A DNA stretch of 64,000 bases from the human T2T-CHM13v2.0 reference genome, Homo sapiens: the NCBI RefSeq assembly GCF_009914755.1, contig NC_060934.1. One strand, 5' to 3'. The notes below the pieces were generated by a model, which did no database searches, was not told where the DNA came from, and worked only from the letters and a program-made list of their open reading frames with translations. The position numbers and the translations under genes are program-made. Shown here piece after piece: positions 41,090 through 57,553 of the stretch; position 1 is the stretch's first letter; every line of letters begins with the position of its first letter.

Positions 41090-42620
41090 GTATTTAGTTT
41101 CATTCATTCCACCCTCTATGAGGAAATGTATCTCTCCCAAATGTTTAAAAATGAAATTTTATTATACTTAACGTGTATTAAGTGTAATAGATTAATTTGC
41201 TTATTGCTACATAAAGTTTATTGGCCTGCTTAAATCAGGCTAATTGTAGACACTATTATAAACTAATTTTAAAAATCTTCTAGTTTAGCAGACTTAAGGT
41301 TTTTAAATTCTTGTCTATGATCTTCCTCTTGATTTCCTGAAACACCTAGGGTGAGTCTTTTAACCTTCATTATGGTTTTCTCTGGGATAAAGCAGAAGCG
41401 TAATTTACCTTCTAGATACCTTTTAATAATATTGGAGCTAAATGTCCATAGTTGCTAATAAGCTCCTTAAGAATCAAACTTTAAGAATGTCTGTGCCTTC
41501 TGGGATCTCCTGGTTAGAAAAACTCATCTAGCAGTTTATTGAAAACCGTTTAATTGACTTGAGTGGTTCAGATCTCTTCTGAATGTGTCCTGTGTCTTTC
41601 GCCACTAATTCCTTAGTGAAACAGTAATAAACAGATTTCAGATCCAGTATCCCTACTTTAATATTTAGTAAATTCAATTAATTCTAATAACAGAAATCTA
41701 CTTGAAGTACCTCTTAGAAATTCCAGAGATAGGAACATATTGAAGGAGAAAAACGGAGTGGTAACTTTGTATTCTGTTTCAAACTATCCAATTGTTAAAT
41801 TTTTTTCTAAAAAAACCAGAACTCAGTTTGATGATACAACACTGGGAAAATGAAGTACAATATAAAAGAGCAGTGATGGCACAAGCATGTTCCCAGCCAT
41901 GTGGACCTACCCGCCTTTGATTTGTGGATCCCATATGTGATCCCCTATAATTACACTTGTGATGCAAAATCCTAGTAACACTATATAGTACACATTTTAT
42001 CCTGTTTTTTAAAAGGGGAACTGAAACCAGAAATGTTACTTAATTTGCCTTATGTCACACAGGTAGAAAGTGACTAACCACAGGGTTTATCTGATATGCC
42101 ATAGTATTCTCACCTATCTGATATTTTACCTGTCTTCTTTTAATTAGGAAAGGGGATGGAAGCACCTACTAGGTGGCAGGCATTGTGATTTTATTAAATT
42201 TGTAATTCATTGAGGAATGTGATGGTATTTTTATCTATAAAATGAAAGTATTGATAATAATTCTATCATTACATATATAATCATATATACCTATTATAGT
42301 GTTAATCCTATTATACAAATAAGAAAAATGCCTCTCAAAGAGGTTGAATAACTTGCCTACGGTTAGAGCTAGGAAATATGTGAGAAGGGTTTTTTAAGAA
42401 CTGGTATGTATATATGTATATATTCTAGTGGGAAAAATTCAAAGAACACAAAAATATAGAGAGTGAAACATCAAAATTCTTCTCCACATCCTCACCTAAG
42501 AGTAGGTAGAAGGCACAGGTGTCTGCTCCCATAATTTTTATTCAGCATTGTCCTGGAAGTTGGAACCGGGGCAATAAGCCCAAATAAATAAATAAATGAC
42601 ACAAAAGACTAACAAACTGG

Positions 42621-42998
<378 letters not shown>

Positions 42999-43448
42999 TC
43001 AGATTGCATGACCATTTATACAGAAAATCTTAAGAAGACTACAGAAACTTACTAGAACTAATAAATAGATCTATCGAGGTCAAAGGATGAAAGTTCAATA
43101 CATAAAAATTTATCATATTTCTATATGTGAGCAATGAACAAAACAGCAAAAGTACAATTGAACTTATAATACCTTCCTAAAATATGAACTACATGGGGAT
43201 AAATTTACCAAACTTTTTGCAAAATCTATACACTGAAAAATATAAAACACTTTTTAAAAGGAACTAAAGAGATAATATATGTATATGGACTGAACACATA
43301 TTAATATGTCAGTTTCCACTTAATTACCTTTTGATTAGTTTTCAATTATCATATGATTATTGATTTGGTTATAGTTAAGCTTCCCATTTATATTTGTCTG
43401 ATCTGTTTTATTCCACAGTTCCTCTCTTCCTGCCTTTTGTAGTGTTAA

Positions 43449-43773
<325 letters not shown>

Positions 43774-45534
43774 TAGTGTTACATTTTAATTCGTCTCTTG
43801 GCTTTTTTGCCGTATTTCTTTGTTCTATTTTTAGTGGTTGCTGTAGTGATTACAATACGCAACTTAACTTTAACTTATAATAGTCTAGAGTTAATATTGA
43901 ACTACTTCAAGTAAAATACTAGAACCTTTTAACAATGTATCTCTACTTTTCCTACTCTTAATATTGTTACATATTTTATATCTGTGTCCATTACAAACCC
44001 AACAATACAATGTAATAATTTTTTGTTTTGAAGAGTCCTATATCATGTGTTAAGATATTAAGAATTATATGTTCATATGTGTTTGTGTAGTACCTATCCA
44101 TATATTCATCTATCAATATTTAGTATTTTATATTTACTCACATATGTATGATTTCTGATGCTTTTCATTTTTTCCTGTAGATCCATGTTGTCATCAGGGT
44201 CATTTCCCTTCAACCTGAAGAACCTCATTTAGCATTTCTTACAGTGTAAATATAATGGCATAAATTCTGTCTTTTAAATTTATCTGGAAGTTGCTTCCTT
44301 TTGCCTTTAATTTTGAAAAGACATTTTTGCTTGATACAAAATTCTTGGCTGCTAGTTTTGTTTTCAGCATTTTTAAATTTCTTCTGAATGCCAGTATTTC
44401 TGATGAAAATTCAGCCATTGAGCTGAACTATTTTCCTGTACGTGATGTGTCACTTTTCTTTGGCTGCTTTCAACACTTTGCTCTTTATCTTTGGCTTTCT
44501 GCATTTCTCTTCTGCATGGAAGTGATATAATTATATATCCTGCTTGGGGTGCTTGACCTTCTTAGATCTGTAAATTAGTGTTTTCTGCCAATCATGGAAT
44601 TTTTCAGTCATTATTTATGCAAATATTTTTTTCCATTCCTTCTCTCCCTCCGGAACCCAATTACATATATGTTATCTTGCTTGATATTTTACAGGACTCT
44701 AAGGCTCTGCTCATTTTTCTTCAATTTTTTAGATTAAATAACGTCTTTTGATCTCTGTTCAATTTATGCAATTTTGGCATCTCTAATCTGCCGTTTGGTC
44801 CACCTAGTAAATTTTTCTTTCTAGTTTTTGTACTTTTCAAGTCTTAAATTTCCATGTTTGAAGTTTCATTTCTCTATTGAGCTTTCCTCTGTGAACATAT
44901 TTATCATAGCTGCTTTAGAGTCTCTAATTACTTAATTCACCAACACCTGTCCCTAACAGAGTAGATTTCTATTGACTGACTTTTTTCTGACTTTGAATCA
45001 CACTTTCCTGTTTCTTCTTTGCATGGTTAAGAATGAGCATTGTAGATAATACTTTCTAGTGATTCCAGATTCTGTTGTGTCCTTCTGAGGATTGTGGCTA
45101 TTTTGCTGTACTAGGCAGTGAGCTACACACTTTGTCTCTCTAGTGGTGCAGCTGGTATCTCTGCTCAGTTCTTACAGTTTCTGGTTGCTGCTGTTTTTAG
45201 CCTGACTCCATGGAGTTCTCCCCAGAGCTTCTGCAGTTTGCTGGTCACCTGTGGCTCCTCTGTCAGTCTCAGGCTCTGACCTCTGACACCTCAGACCAGT
45301 AAGGCTTCAGCATTCTGCCAAATGAGCTGCACATGGATTGAGGAATGCACTGTATTTAAAAGCAGTAAATTAATCAATCTCACCTAGCACAGCTCCCTCT
45401 TCAAGGAGAAGATATGCTTTCTAGTCCTTGCCTGTTTATTTTCACCAGGGTCCCTGGGGTCTTCTCCACGCATGTATAGTTTAGTAGTCAGCCAGAGGTC
45501 TGGGCATAGTTTATACTCAGATTTTGGGTTATAC

Positions 45535-46352
45535 CCTATATTAGAGTTCTCTAGAGAAATAGAACCAACAGGATGCATGTATATTGTACATGTGCATGTG
45601 TATATGGGTGTATTAGTCCATTTTTACACTGCTATAAAGAACTGCCCGAGACTGGGTCATTTATAAAGAAAAGAGGTTTAAATGACTCACAGATCCTAGT
45701 GGATGAGGAGGCCTCAGGAAACTTACAATCATAGCAGAAGGGGAAACAGGTTCATCTTACATGGCAGCAGATGACCATGTGAAGGAGGAACTGTCAAACA
45801 CTTATAAAACCATCAGATCTCATAAGAACTCACTCACTGTCATGAGAACAGCACGGGGGAACTGCCCCCATGATCCAATCACCTCCCATCAGGTCCCTCC
45901 CTTGACACGTGGGGATTATGTTACTTAATTTGCCTAGAGATCACAATTTGAGATATTTGGGTTAGGACACAGAGCCAAACCATATCAATGGGTGTGTGTT
46001 TGGGGGCGGGGGTGGGTAGTGGCTTTAAGGAATTGGCTCATGTGATTTTGGAGGCTTGGCAAGTCCAAAATCCACAGGTTAGACCAGTAGGCTGAAGACC
46101 CAGAGAAGTGTTGTAATTCGAGTCCAGGGGTGCTGTACTGGCAGGATTCCCTCTGTGGCCAGGTAGATCAGCCTTGTTCTATTAAGGCCTTCAACTCATT
46201 AGATGAGGTCCACCCATATCATGGAGGGTAATCTGCTTTACTCAAAGTCTGTTTTAAACATTAATCTCATATAAAAAGTACTTTCACAGGAACATCTAGA
46301 ATAATATTTGGCCAAATATCTGGGTACTGTGGCCCAGATAAAAATTCATCAC
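45535..46352 (-). mobile_element. MLT2-like (ERV-L) LTR with a nested THE1-type LTR (45609-45987, TSD atggg)
   Basis: agagttctctagagaaatagaaccaacagg...; the nested tgtattagtcc...ccaaaccatatca is flanked by a 5-bp atggg duplication. Confidence 0.82.
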
Positions 46353-46790
46353 AGGTTTTCTCCTTGTCAATTTGGTACCCATATACCTCTTAAATCATAA
46401 TCTTCAGACAATAATGAGATCATACTTTTAGCTAACGTGATACAACTATCCTATAAACAACCAAATATTTCCCAATGCTTACCCCAGAAGAGGATGCAAA
46501 ATCCTTGGGTGATGTTTACCCTTCCTGGACCCACAAATCCTGGCTATGGGAGAAACGGCACCATATGGTAGACACTGATTCAGAGCATATACAGCATTCT
46601 GGACAACCTTGCCAAAGCCCTGCAAGGTATTGCCACCTAGTTGGTGCTGTAACTGAGTCTTCAAAAGGCCATTCTATCAAGCCAGCTGCTTCAGGATGGT
46701 GGGAAACATGGTAAAACCAGTGAATTCCATGAACATTGGCCACAATGTATTTGCTGTGAAAGTGAGTTCCTTCCCTTCATGATGGTGGAT
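46353..46790 (-). mobile_element. ERV-L internal remnant (integrase fragment)
   Basis: ORF 46516..46743 (-) HGIHWFYHVSHHPEAAGLIE resembles the ERV-L integrase core around the DDE glutamate; adjacent to the MLT2 LTR. Confidence 0.8.
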
Positions 46791-47313
46791 TATCCTTTCT
46801 GAGCATTTCTCACTTTTGGGATTTCCCGTTTACATTTCTAGCTATTTAGGTAAAACCGCAGTTTTCCATGCCTGTGGGGATTCAGTAGATTTCCTCAGGC
46901 AAGACGGCCACACACTCGCAATACTTCTGTTATAGTCACAAATTATTTTAAAGTATATATTTTCATCAGCTTCTGTCTTGCTTTTTCAAAAAATGTTTTC
47001 TCCAGATTTCAAAATTGTTTTTTGCAGAAGACTGTATGAGCAACTTCATTGACTACCATTTCTGGAAGTTTCCTCCCTAGCATTACTTTTTATCCATAAA
47101 ACATTTTGGAGTAAGGGAAAGGAGAAAAGACAGGGCACATGGCCAAGAAGAGTGATGTTACTTTGATAAGCAGAACTCCTATTCCCTGGGGCCTCTGTCA
47201 CAACAAAAATCATGACATTGTGTTCTGACTGACTTTATTTCCTCTTGTAGTCAAATTTGGGAAGTGTACATTTTAGTACAACTTTCTAAAGTTGTATTTG
47301 CTTTTATTATTAG

Positions 47314-47497
47314 GAATTGAATGACCTTCATATAGAAGCACTTGCAGTGATAGCCAATTGCCTTGAAGACATGGATACTATGGTGCAGATTCAGCAGACA
47401 GGGGGTCTTAAAAAGCTCCTGTCATTTGCAGAAAACTCTACAATTCCTGATATTCAGAAGAATGCAGCAAAAGCCATTACTAAAGCAGCTTATGATC
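47314..47497 (+). CDS. ARMC3: ARMC3 exon 8 ([61 protein letters not shown])
   Basis: Acceptor ttttattattAG, 184 nt, donor ATC|GTATGT, phase 0 to 1. The cumulative CDS at the exon end is 916 nt. Confidence 0.95.
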
Positions 47498-47513
47498 GTA
47501 TGTCTCATTTTAT

Positions 47514-47796
47514 TTTATTTATTTTGAGATAGGATCTTGCTCTGTTTCTCAGGCTGGAGTGCTGTGGCGTGATCACAGCTCACTGCAGCCTCAACCTCCC
47601 CAGGTTACAAGTGATTCTCCCACCTCAGCCTTCCTAGTAGCTGGGACTACAGGCATGCACCACCATGCCTGGCTAATTTTTGTATTTTTTGTAGAGACAG
47701 GGTTTTGCTGTGTTGCCCAGGCTAGTCTAGAACTCCTGGGCTCAAGCGATCTGCCCACTTTGACTGAGTTACAGGCATGAGCCACTGCACCCTGCC
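47514..47796 (-). mobile_element. AluJ-like, antisense, inserted next to the exon 8 donor
   Basis: TSD atgtctcattttat (47500-47513) / atgtcttattttat (47797-47810). Confidence 0.92.
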
Positions 47797-49069
47797 ATGT
47801 CTTATTTTATATAAACAAAACATATATAATTCCTCTTGTCTCAATTTTGATTAGTACTAATCAACACTAGAGCATTTGTCTGCTTTTAAAAAACCATTTG
47901 AGAATAGTGCTATATTTACTACTTAAGTCCAAACTCATCTCACTTCCAATGAGTTAGAGATTTGTCAGGGATATGAAGAACTCAATATGATTTCATTATC
48001 CTATTTTTCAAAATACAATTCATTTCTACATTAAGTTTTAAGCCTTTGTTTCACTTGAATTTGGAATTATATAGAAGGTATGCATTGTTTGTGAACCTGA
48101 GAGCATTGAAGAAATCCACATTCACAATGATATCTATAAAGTAATTTTCAAGTTTCAGCTGGAGTCTAGTAGCACCATGTTACATAGCTGTGAAAAATAT
48201 GCTCATACTATATACATAATACAATTTGCATTTCAGTGACAAGTTATGTTGATATAAATCTGTAAAATATGAGAGATTAATTACAGCACAAGCACAGATG
48301 AAATTATAGTTTTAATTTATGTATATTTGGAGTCTTTTATCTAATAAAAGATGTGATCTTATTTTTCCCCTTCTGCACCACTTTTAGAAATGATGACAGC
48401 ATTGACTATTTTAAGTGATTTATATTCTAAACATATATACTCACATCTGTATATTGATATGTATACTATGGGAAACACTCCATTTTCAGCACACACTGGA
48501 TTTCTTCAGGACAAAGCTTTAATGCAGTAAGCAAGATTTCACCATCCAGTATGTAGTGTGCATAGAGGGGCCTCATGAGTTACATTATAAATGCCTATTT
48601 GAGAGACTGGTTGTGAAATCAAGGTTTCTTCATATTGGCAAAAGTTGGTTTACCCAGTATTCTATCAAATGGAACTTAGACATTATTCTAGCTGGTCAGT
48701 TCTCTCTTCCTTCTATCCTAGTTCTTCTTAGCTAAGTGAGACCCGAAGAGAAGTAAAATGGGGAGACACGGACAATGCCAAACCTGAAATGTTTGCGTAT
48801 CTCAGCATCTCTTTGGAGAGTATTTATATGTATCAAATGTGGCTGGGTCATTCTAAGACTGTTCTCACTCATTTTGAGGTGGTGAGTTTGATGATGCCTA
48901 CCCATCATGTGCCACAGTACTGGAAAGTATGCTGCAGAGTTCCTGGTACTAGAGTTCTAGTACTAGTTCCACTACTGGCATTGTAACGACCTACTTAAGT
49001 GATTTTGAGTGAACTATAACTTCTCCAGAACAATGTATATATTCGTTTACTCATGATTTCTTACTGAGT

Positions 49070-49860
49070 TCTCACCCAGAACAGGAAAGTAAACAGGCAC
49101 TTACAATGCAGTGTTCAAAGTGATTAATGATGGAAACACAGGATCACCCAGGAAGGCTCCCAGCACAGACCTGGATCAGAAAAATATTTCTGAAATCAGT
49201 GATTAACAAGCTAGGACCTAGAGTAAATAAGATAAATTGTCTGGTCAAAGAAGGTTCAGATGGGATGGAGGAGGAGAAGTGGTTCTGAGAAGGAACAGGG
49301 TGTATAAAAGCCAGAGGAGGGATAACATGGTAAGTTCCAGAACCGAAAGTTTTCAGAATGGCCAATGACCAGAAAGCCACAGAACACTGAGCGCTCAGGC
49401 TATGGACGTGGTGAGGAGCCCAGTGCTCATGGACATTATAAGCCCAGTTAAGGATTTTGGACTTTATTTTAATGGCAACAAAGAGCCATTGAAGTTACTC
49501 AGAAGGGAGGGAACATCATGGATTTTCACTTGTTAAAGAAAGAGAACTCGTGTTGCAAAGTGGAGAAGAGATTGGAAATGTTTAGGACCAGACACAGAAG
49601 ACCAAAAGGGGGTTGCTGTAGTAATCTAGGTGAGATGTGAAGGTGCCCTGAAACAGAGATGCGGTGTTCAGGACTGGCTCAAGGCACTTTGCAAGGAGAA
49701 CCACCAGCACATGTGTGAGTATTTTTGAATGACTATGTTGGTTGAAAGAGGAAGAAGGCGATACCAAGGATGAGGCCAGGTTTCTGGCTTAGACAGCTAG
49801 AAGTAAAATGGTGCCACTCACAGAACTGAAGAACTCAAGAAGGGGAGCGGTTTTGCTTGA
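49070..49860 (+). mobile_element. L2 remnant
   Basis: gttaaggattttggactttattttaatggcaacaaagagccattgaag...ggtttctggcttagacagctag. Confidence 0.6.
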
Positions 49861-49889
49861 AGAAAAGGAATCAATCCTATTCTTGCTTT

Positions 49890-51440
<1,551 letters not shown>

Positions 51441-52019
51441 TGGTTATTTGTAATAGAAAGGAATTCAAGCAGATAGTCTTTAAATCCTTTCTGGCACTTA
51501 ATGTTTTCTGATTCTACTTCCTTTTGTTAGTTCTAAAATAACTACATTCCAGTTTCAAGTTGTGTCTCCTGTCTTTATGTTAGAATCTAATGACTAACTG
51601 TATTTACTTCATATATGTCATCTGTGATTGTATTATGTTCCCTTCAAACATCACTTTTTCAGACCGAAGAATTCAGATCTTGTTTAGTCTCTCTCCACGC
51701 ATGTCCCCAGGCCATCCTGGGATCATTTTCTTACCTCTTCAGGACTTCCTCTTGTTTATTATACCCTCCTTGAAATGTGTTGATAAGTATTACGAAAGCT
51801 ATTTTAAAAGTATGCACCATCATTTTATATTATCTATAGATAGGTTGATTTATCATTATTTTCCATTTCAGTCTTATGCAGCAAGTATTTTAGTCTCTTA
51901 ACTACATTAGCATATTGGGCCAACCCTTTGAGGGAAGGACCTGCAGGGAGCCCCCAGATCATCTTTCTCAGTCAGTACCCAGAGCTCAAAGTTCCTCATT
52001 TTAATTTGTAACATTTTGG

Positions 52020-52473
<454 letters not shown>

Positions 52474-52670
52474 TTACTATTTAAATAAACACTTATCATA
52501 TGCAATTCATTTCTATATTAAGGATATTAAGATAAGGATAAACAATGGATGGAATGAATAAATATTTTCTGAATAGACAAAAAGATATATTTCCTGTAGA
52601 ATGCAGAGTTTATCTTTTAGTTCAATTTTATAAATTATATTGTACAGTTTTATCCTTATTCTTTTTTTAG

Positions 52671-53065
<395 letters not shown>

Positions 53066-53618
53066 TTTCTCTTGTAATTTTATATTAAATGACTTCACTT
53101 TATGTTTTTTATCCACTACTGATTTTTTTAAATCTCACTTTTATTGCTCTTTAGCTTTTGATTCTAATTTGATATTAAGATTACCATGTATTATCAAACA
53201 TGGTCTTGGCAGAAAAAAAATTCTGGAGACTCCTGATGGTTTTAAAAGAGACAAATGAAGGAACTACTTTCAGAAGTATAATTAGGGTTAAGGGAATAAG
53301 CAAGAGATGATGAGGTCCCCAGAGATTAGCAATATTGGGAAATCTTCACTACCACTAGGTCCAAAAGGCAAGGCAAATAAATATTGTTAGATTTATTTTT
53401 ATAGCTACTATATTCACCCTTATTTCTGACATCATGTTTTATGTTTTATGCTTTCTGTTTATTTTTCTATGCTGTTCATTTCTTTGTATAGATTTTAAAA
53501 ACTTTTATAAACAGTTATTTTAAAGATAAAGTTACTATAGTTATTTTAGATATTTAGCAATTTTGCTTCCACAATTCTTTCCCTTTCTGATGTTTCTAAG
53601 ATCAATAAGAGGTTATAG

Positions 53619-53992
<374 letters not shown>

Positions 53993-54286
53993 TAACCACA
54001 TTTGTCATTTAGAGTTATATACATATTGAATCTGTTTCAGTGTGTGCTGTCAATTTCTCATAATAAAGCTTACCTGTCCTTAAGATTTTATTTGATTCAT
54101 TTCTCAAATTAACCAGAGTATATTTTTCAGTTAAAATTTTTTTAAGGTATATCCAATAGTGATATGCTTTGAGACCTTACCTTACCTGTGCATAGGTTTG
54201 TTGCCTTCAAACATATATGACAATTTAACTGGGTTTGGAATTGTTGCATCATAACATTTCTCCTTAAATATCTATGGAAGTGATGA

Positions 54287-54589
<303 letters not shown>

Positions 54590-57192
54590 TGAAAAGCTTA
54601 TCTATGAAGATTGCTTTTGTATTGTTCAAGCCTGATTTGCATTATTTTGCATATATGATTTTTTTGCTGTATTAAGGTAGAATTTTTTATCCTGAGTTTG
54701 AAAATTTTGCCGAAATATGTCTAAGTCCCCCTCTCCACTGTCTCCACTACACAGGCAAGCCTTTTGATCTCCAGAGTCATGATTTTTTCCCCTAATTCAG
54801 GAAGCTAGTTTTTTCCACTATACTTTGGATTCTTGTTTTTGTTTCACTTAATCTTTTTTCCTCATGAATACTTATTTTTAGACCATCTCTGTTCTCCTTT
54901 CTATGCAGTGTTTCATAATTTTGGTTTTTAATGCTCATCATGGAATGCAGAGGACTCTACCTGGGCCTAGTTTTAATGAATAGATGAAGCCTACAGGGTG
55001 CCCTTTGCCTGTTTTCCCATCAATTGAAAGGGCAGTGGACTCCTTTAGCCCAATTGTGGATGAGGAGGAGACTTTCCCATAATGCAGTATTGCAACGCCA
55101 GAGTTCGATTCTCCTGATCCCACTGGTTTATATAAGAGGAAGGTGATATAAGTTCAGAGCTTTCTAAGAGGCCCTTCATTGTCTGTGGCCTGGGTGACTT
55201 GTGGAAATTTGTTTCTTCCTCTCTTCCCCTTGCCCCAGGGTCCTCTTTTTCTCCTTTTCTTATCAACCTCTTTGACAGATCAGTCCATTTTAAATAGCCA
55301 CATCTCCTCAGCTCATCTCCATCATTTCACCTGCTGCACCTGACTTCTGTTTCTGCCATTCTGCCAAAATAGTCCTTGTACAATTTGACGTTGACCTCTC
55401 AACTCCGAAATCCTGCAGAGGCATTTTCAGTCCTTTTTAACGTGACCTCTGGGTGGGAATCCACACTGCTGATTGCCCTCTCCTCCTGTAAACTCTTTTA
55501 TTCCATCGTTTTCAAAACACCCCTCTCTCCTGATTGTTCTTCAAATTACCAGACCAGCCTTCACCTTTACCACTTTCCTCAGCTTATTTCAACCTAAACT
55601 TGCCTTCTGTTTTATGTCTTGTTCTCTTGAAAATCTCCCTGAGCACTCTTACTTATGACTAATGTTTCAGCTGCCTCCTTATTTGCTTATGAATCCCAAA
55701 TCTGTTTCTAATTCTGACCTGTCTTCTGAATTCCTGCCTGTATTTCTGACAGCTTCCAAGCACATCCAACTATACTGCCCACACTCCACTTTGGGGAGTG
55801 TTAAGTTTCTTTGACAATCTGAACAAAGAGTAACCTTCTGAAAATGCACAAATACACTACATTCTGCATATAATTGCAGGGAGTTCACGGACTGCCTGAA
55901 GCCCACCTGTCTTCTGAATAACTCTTGAGCTAGAATAAGCAGGATCAAATCCAGATAGCCCCACTTGGCATCAGAGATTCTTCTATTTTACACAAGCACA
56001 TGGCCATTGGTTATCAATTTGTTCTTCCTCAGAAACTCTCCCTTGTGGTCTGGATTGTATAACTTTGTTCGACCATAATTTTATACTCATTTGCTCTGGT
56101 TTGGGCCTTTTGTCTGGATTCTGGTTTGGGAAATGCTGTTTTGATCTATTGGTATCCATGTTCTTCAAATGGCTAGATTTAGAGGAAATCTCAAATTTTC
56201 TAATTCTGTTAATTTTCAAGGTGTCAATAAAATAACTGGTTTCTCTTTCTGTCCTTAAGAAATTAAAAAACCTGCTTCCTCGTGCTGTAACCTAGTATAG
56301 CCCACTCTGCTCTACATCTGCTACCAGTTTTCTCACACCAGACCTTCACCTGTTCCCACTATGGTAGATTAAAGCAACAACCTGTGCATGAACTAAAGTA
56401 ACCCGGCCCTCATTGGAATACCAAGCAAGCACAGCACAAAAGTTAACTTCCATTGCTGAGCAGAACCTCCATTTCCCAGATCTACCTTAACATCATTCAA
56501 CCAACTGCCCATCTGTATTAAAGTCGGGCTCCTTCACCATGGTCTTGCAGGTTTCCTCTATTACTGTGCAAACTTCCATTTTATAATTCAACTTATTCAA
56601 CTGGTAATCTTCCTCCATCCCTTCTGACATAGCCTCCTTCCTTCTTAAATTGTTTTCATCTTTGGCAACTCTACAAAAACTGAAAAAGTATGCCAGGTAG
56701 GTCTTCAAATTCAGTGAATGCAGAGGTGGTTTAATTTTCTTATAGCCTAGGAGATATCTGGTCTGAAAGCTTGATTCTTGGAACCTCTAGAAAGATAGAT
56801 GATTCCACGAAGATTCAAACTTTCTCTCTGTTCACATATCCCAATAAATTATTATGAATGAATGCTCTTCTCATTGGAAGTGCAGAGCTTTGAGAAAATC
56901 TCTCCATTCCAGAAGCAGGATTTCCCCTAAGGACTCTGATCTGCCTTAGCCATGACATTTTTGGGCAGTACTGCCCACTTCTGACCAGAACACAATATTA
57001 GGGCAGAACCAACATCTTTGAGGCCAGTGCTAGAAGATAGGTTAAATCTTTGTCATTGCCTAATTATTCTCCTCTATTTTGGTTATTTACCTCTTAACTC
57101 TTATTATCTGGCCAGATCTACCATATCCACCTCTTCCTCCTGCCTGGATTCTAGATTCTGCCTTCTTTTCAGGTCCTACCTGTATTTCTTGT

Positions 57193-57553
57193 TGTATTAG
57201 TCTGTTCTCAAACTGCTATGAAGAAATACTTGAGACTGGGTAATTTATAAAGGAAAAATGTTTAATTGACTCACAGTTCTGCCGGGCTGGGGAAGGCCTC
57301 AGGAAACTTATAATCATGGCAGTAAGCACCTCTTTGCAGGGTGGCAGGAGAGAGTGAATACCCAGCAAAGGGGAGAAGCCCCTGATAAAACCATAAGATC
57401 TCGTGAGAACTAACTCACTATCAGGAGAACAGGATCAGGGAAACTGGCCTTGTGATTCAATTATCACCACCTGTTCCCTCCCACAACATGTGGGAATTAC
57501 GAGAACTGCAATTCAAGATGAGATTTGTTTGGGGACACAGCCAAACCATATCA
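57193..57553 (-). mobile_element. THE1-type MaLR solo LTR
   Basis: tgtattagtctgttctc...gagactgggtaatttataaagg...ggggacacagccaaaccatatca; TSD-like cttgt/tttgt. Confidence 0.87.

Noticed and set aside
40736-41233. 165-aa single-exon ORF
   Set aside because: Only 40895-41089 is coding (exon 7); the rest is intronic read-through past clear splice sites.
46516-46743. Integrase-like ORF as a domesticated gene
   Set aside because: Short, frameshifted right after the motif, and contiguous with its LTR: an ordinary ERV-L fossil.
48947-48964. Hairpin GTACTAG-AGTT-CTAGTAC
   Set aside because: A 7-bp stem is expected by chance in 64 kb; no ncRNA features.
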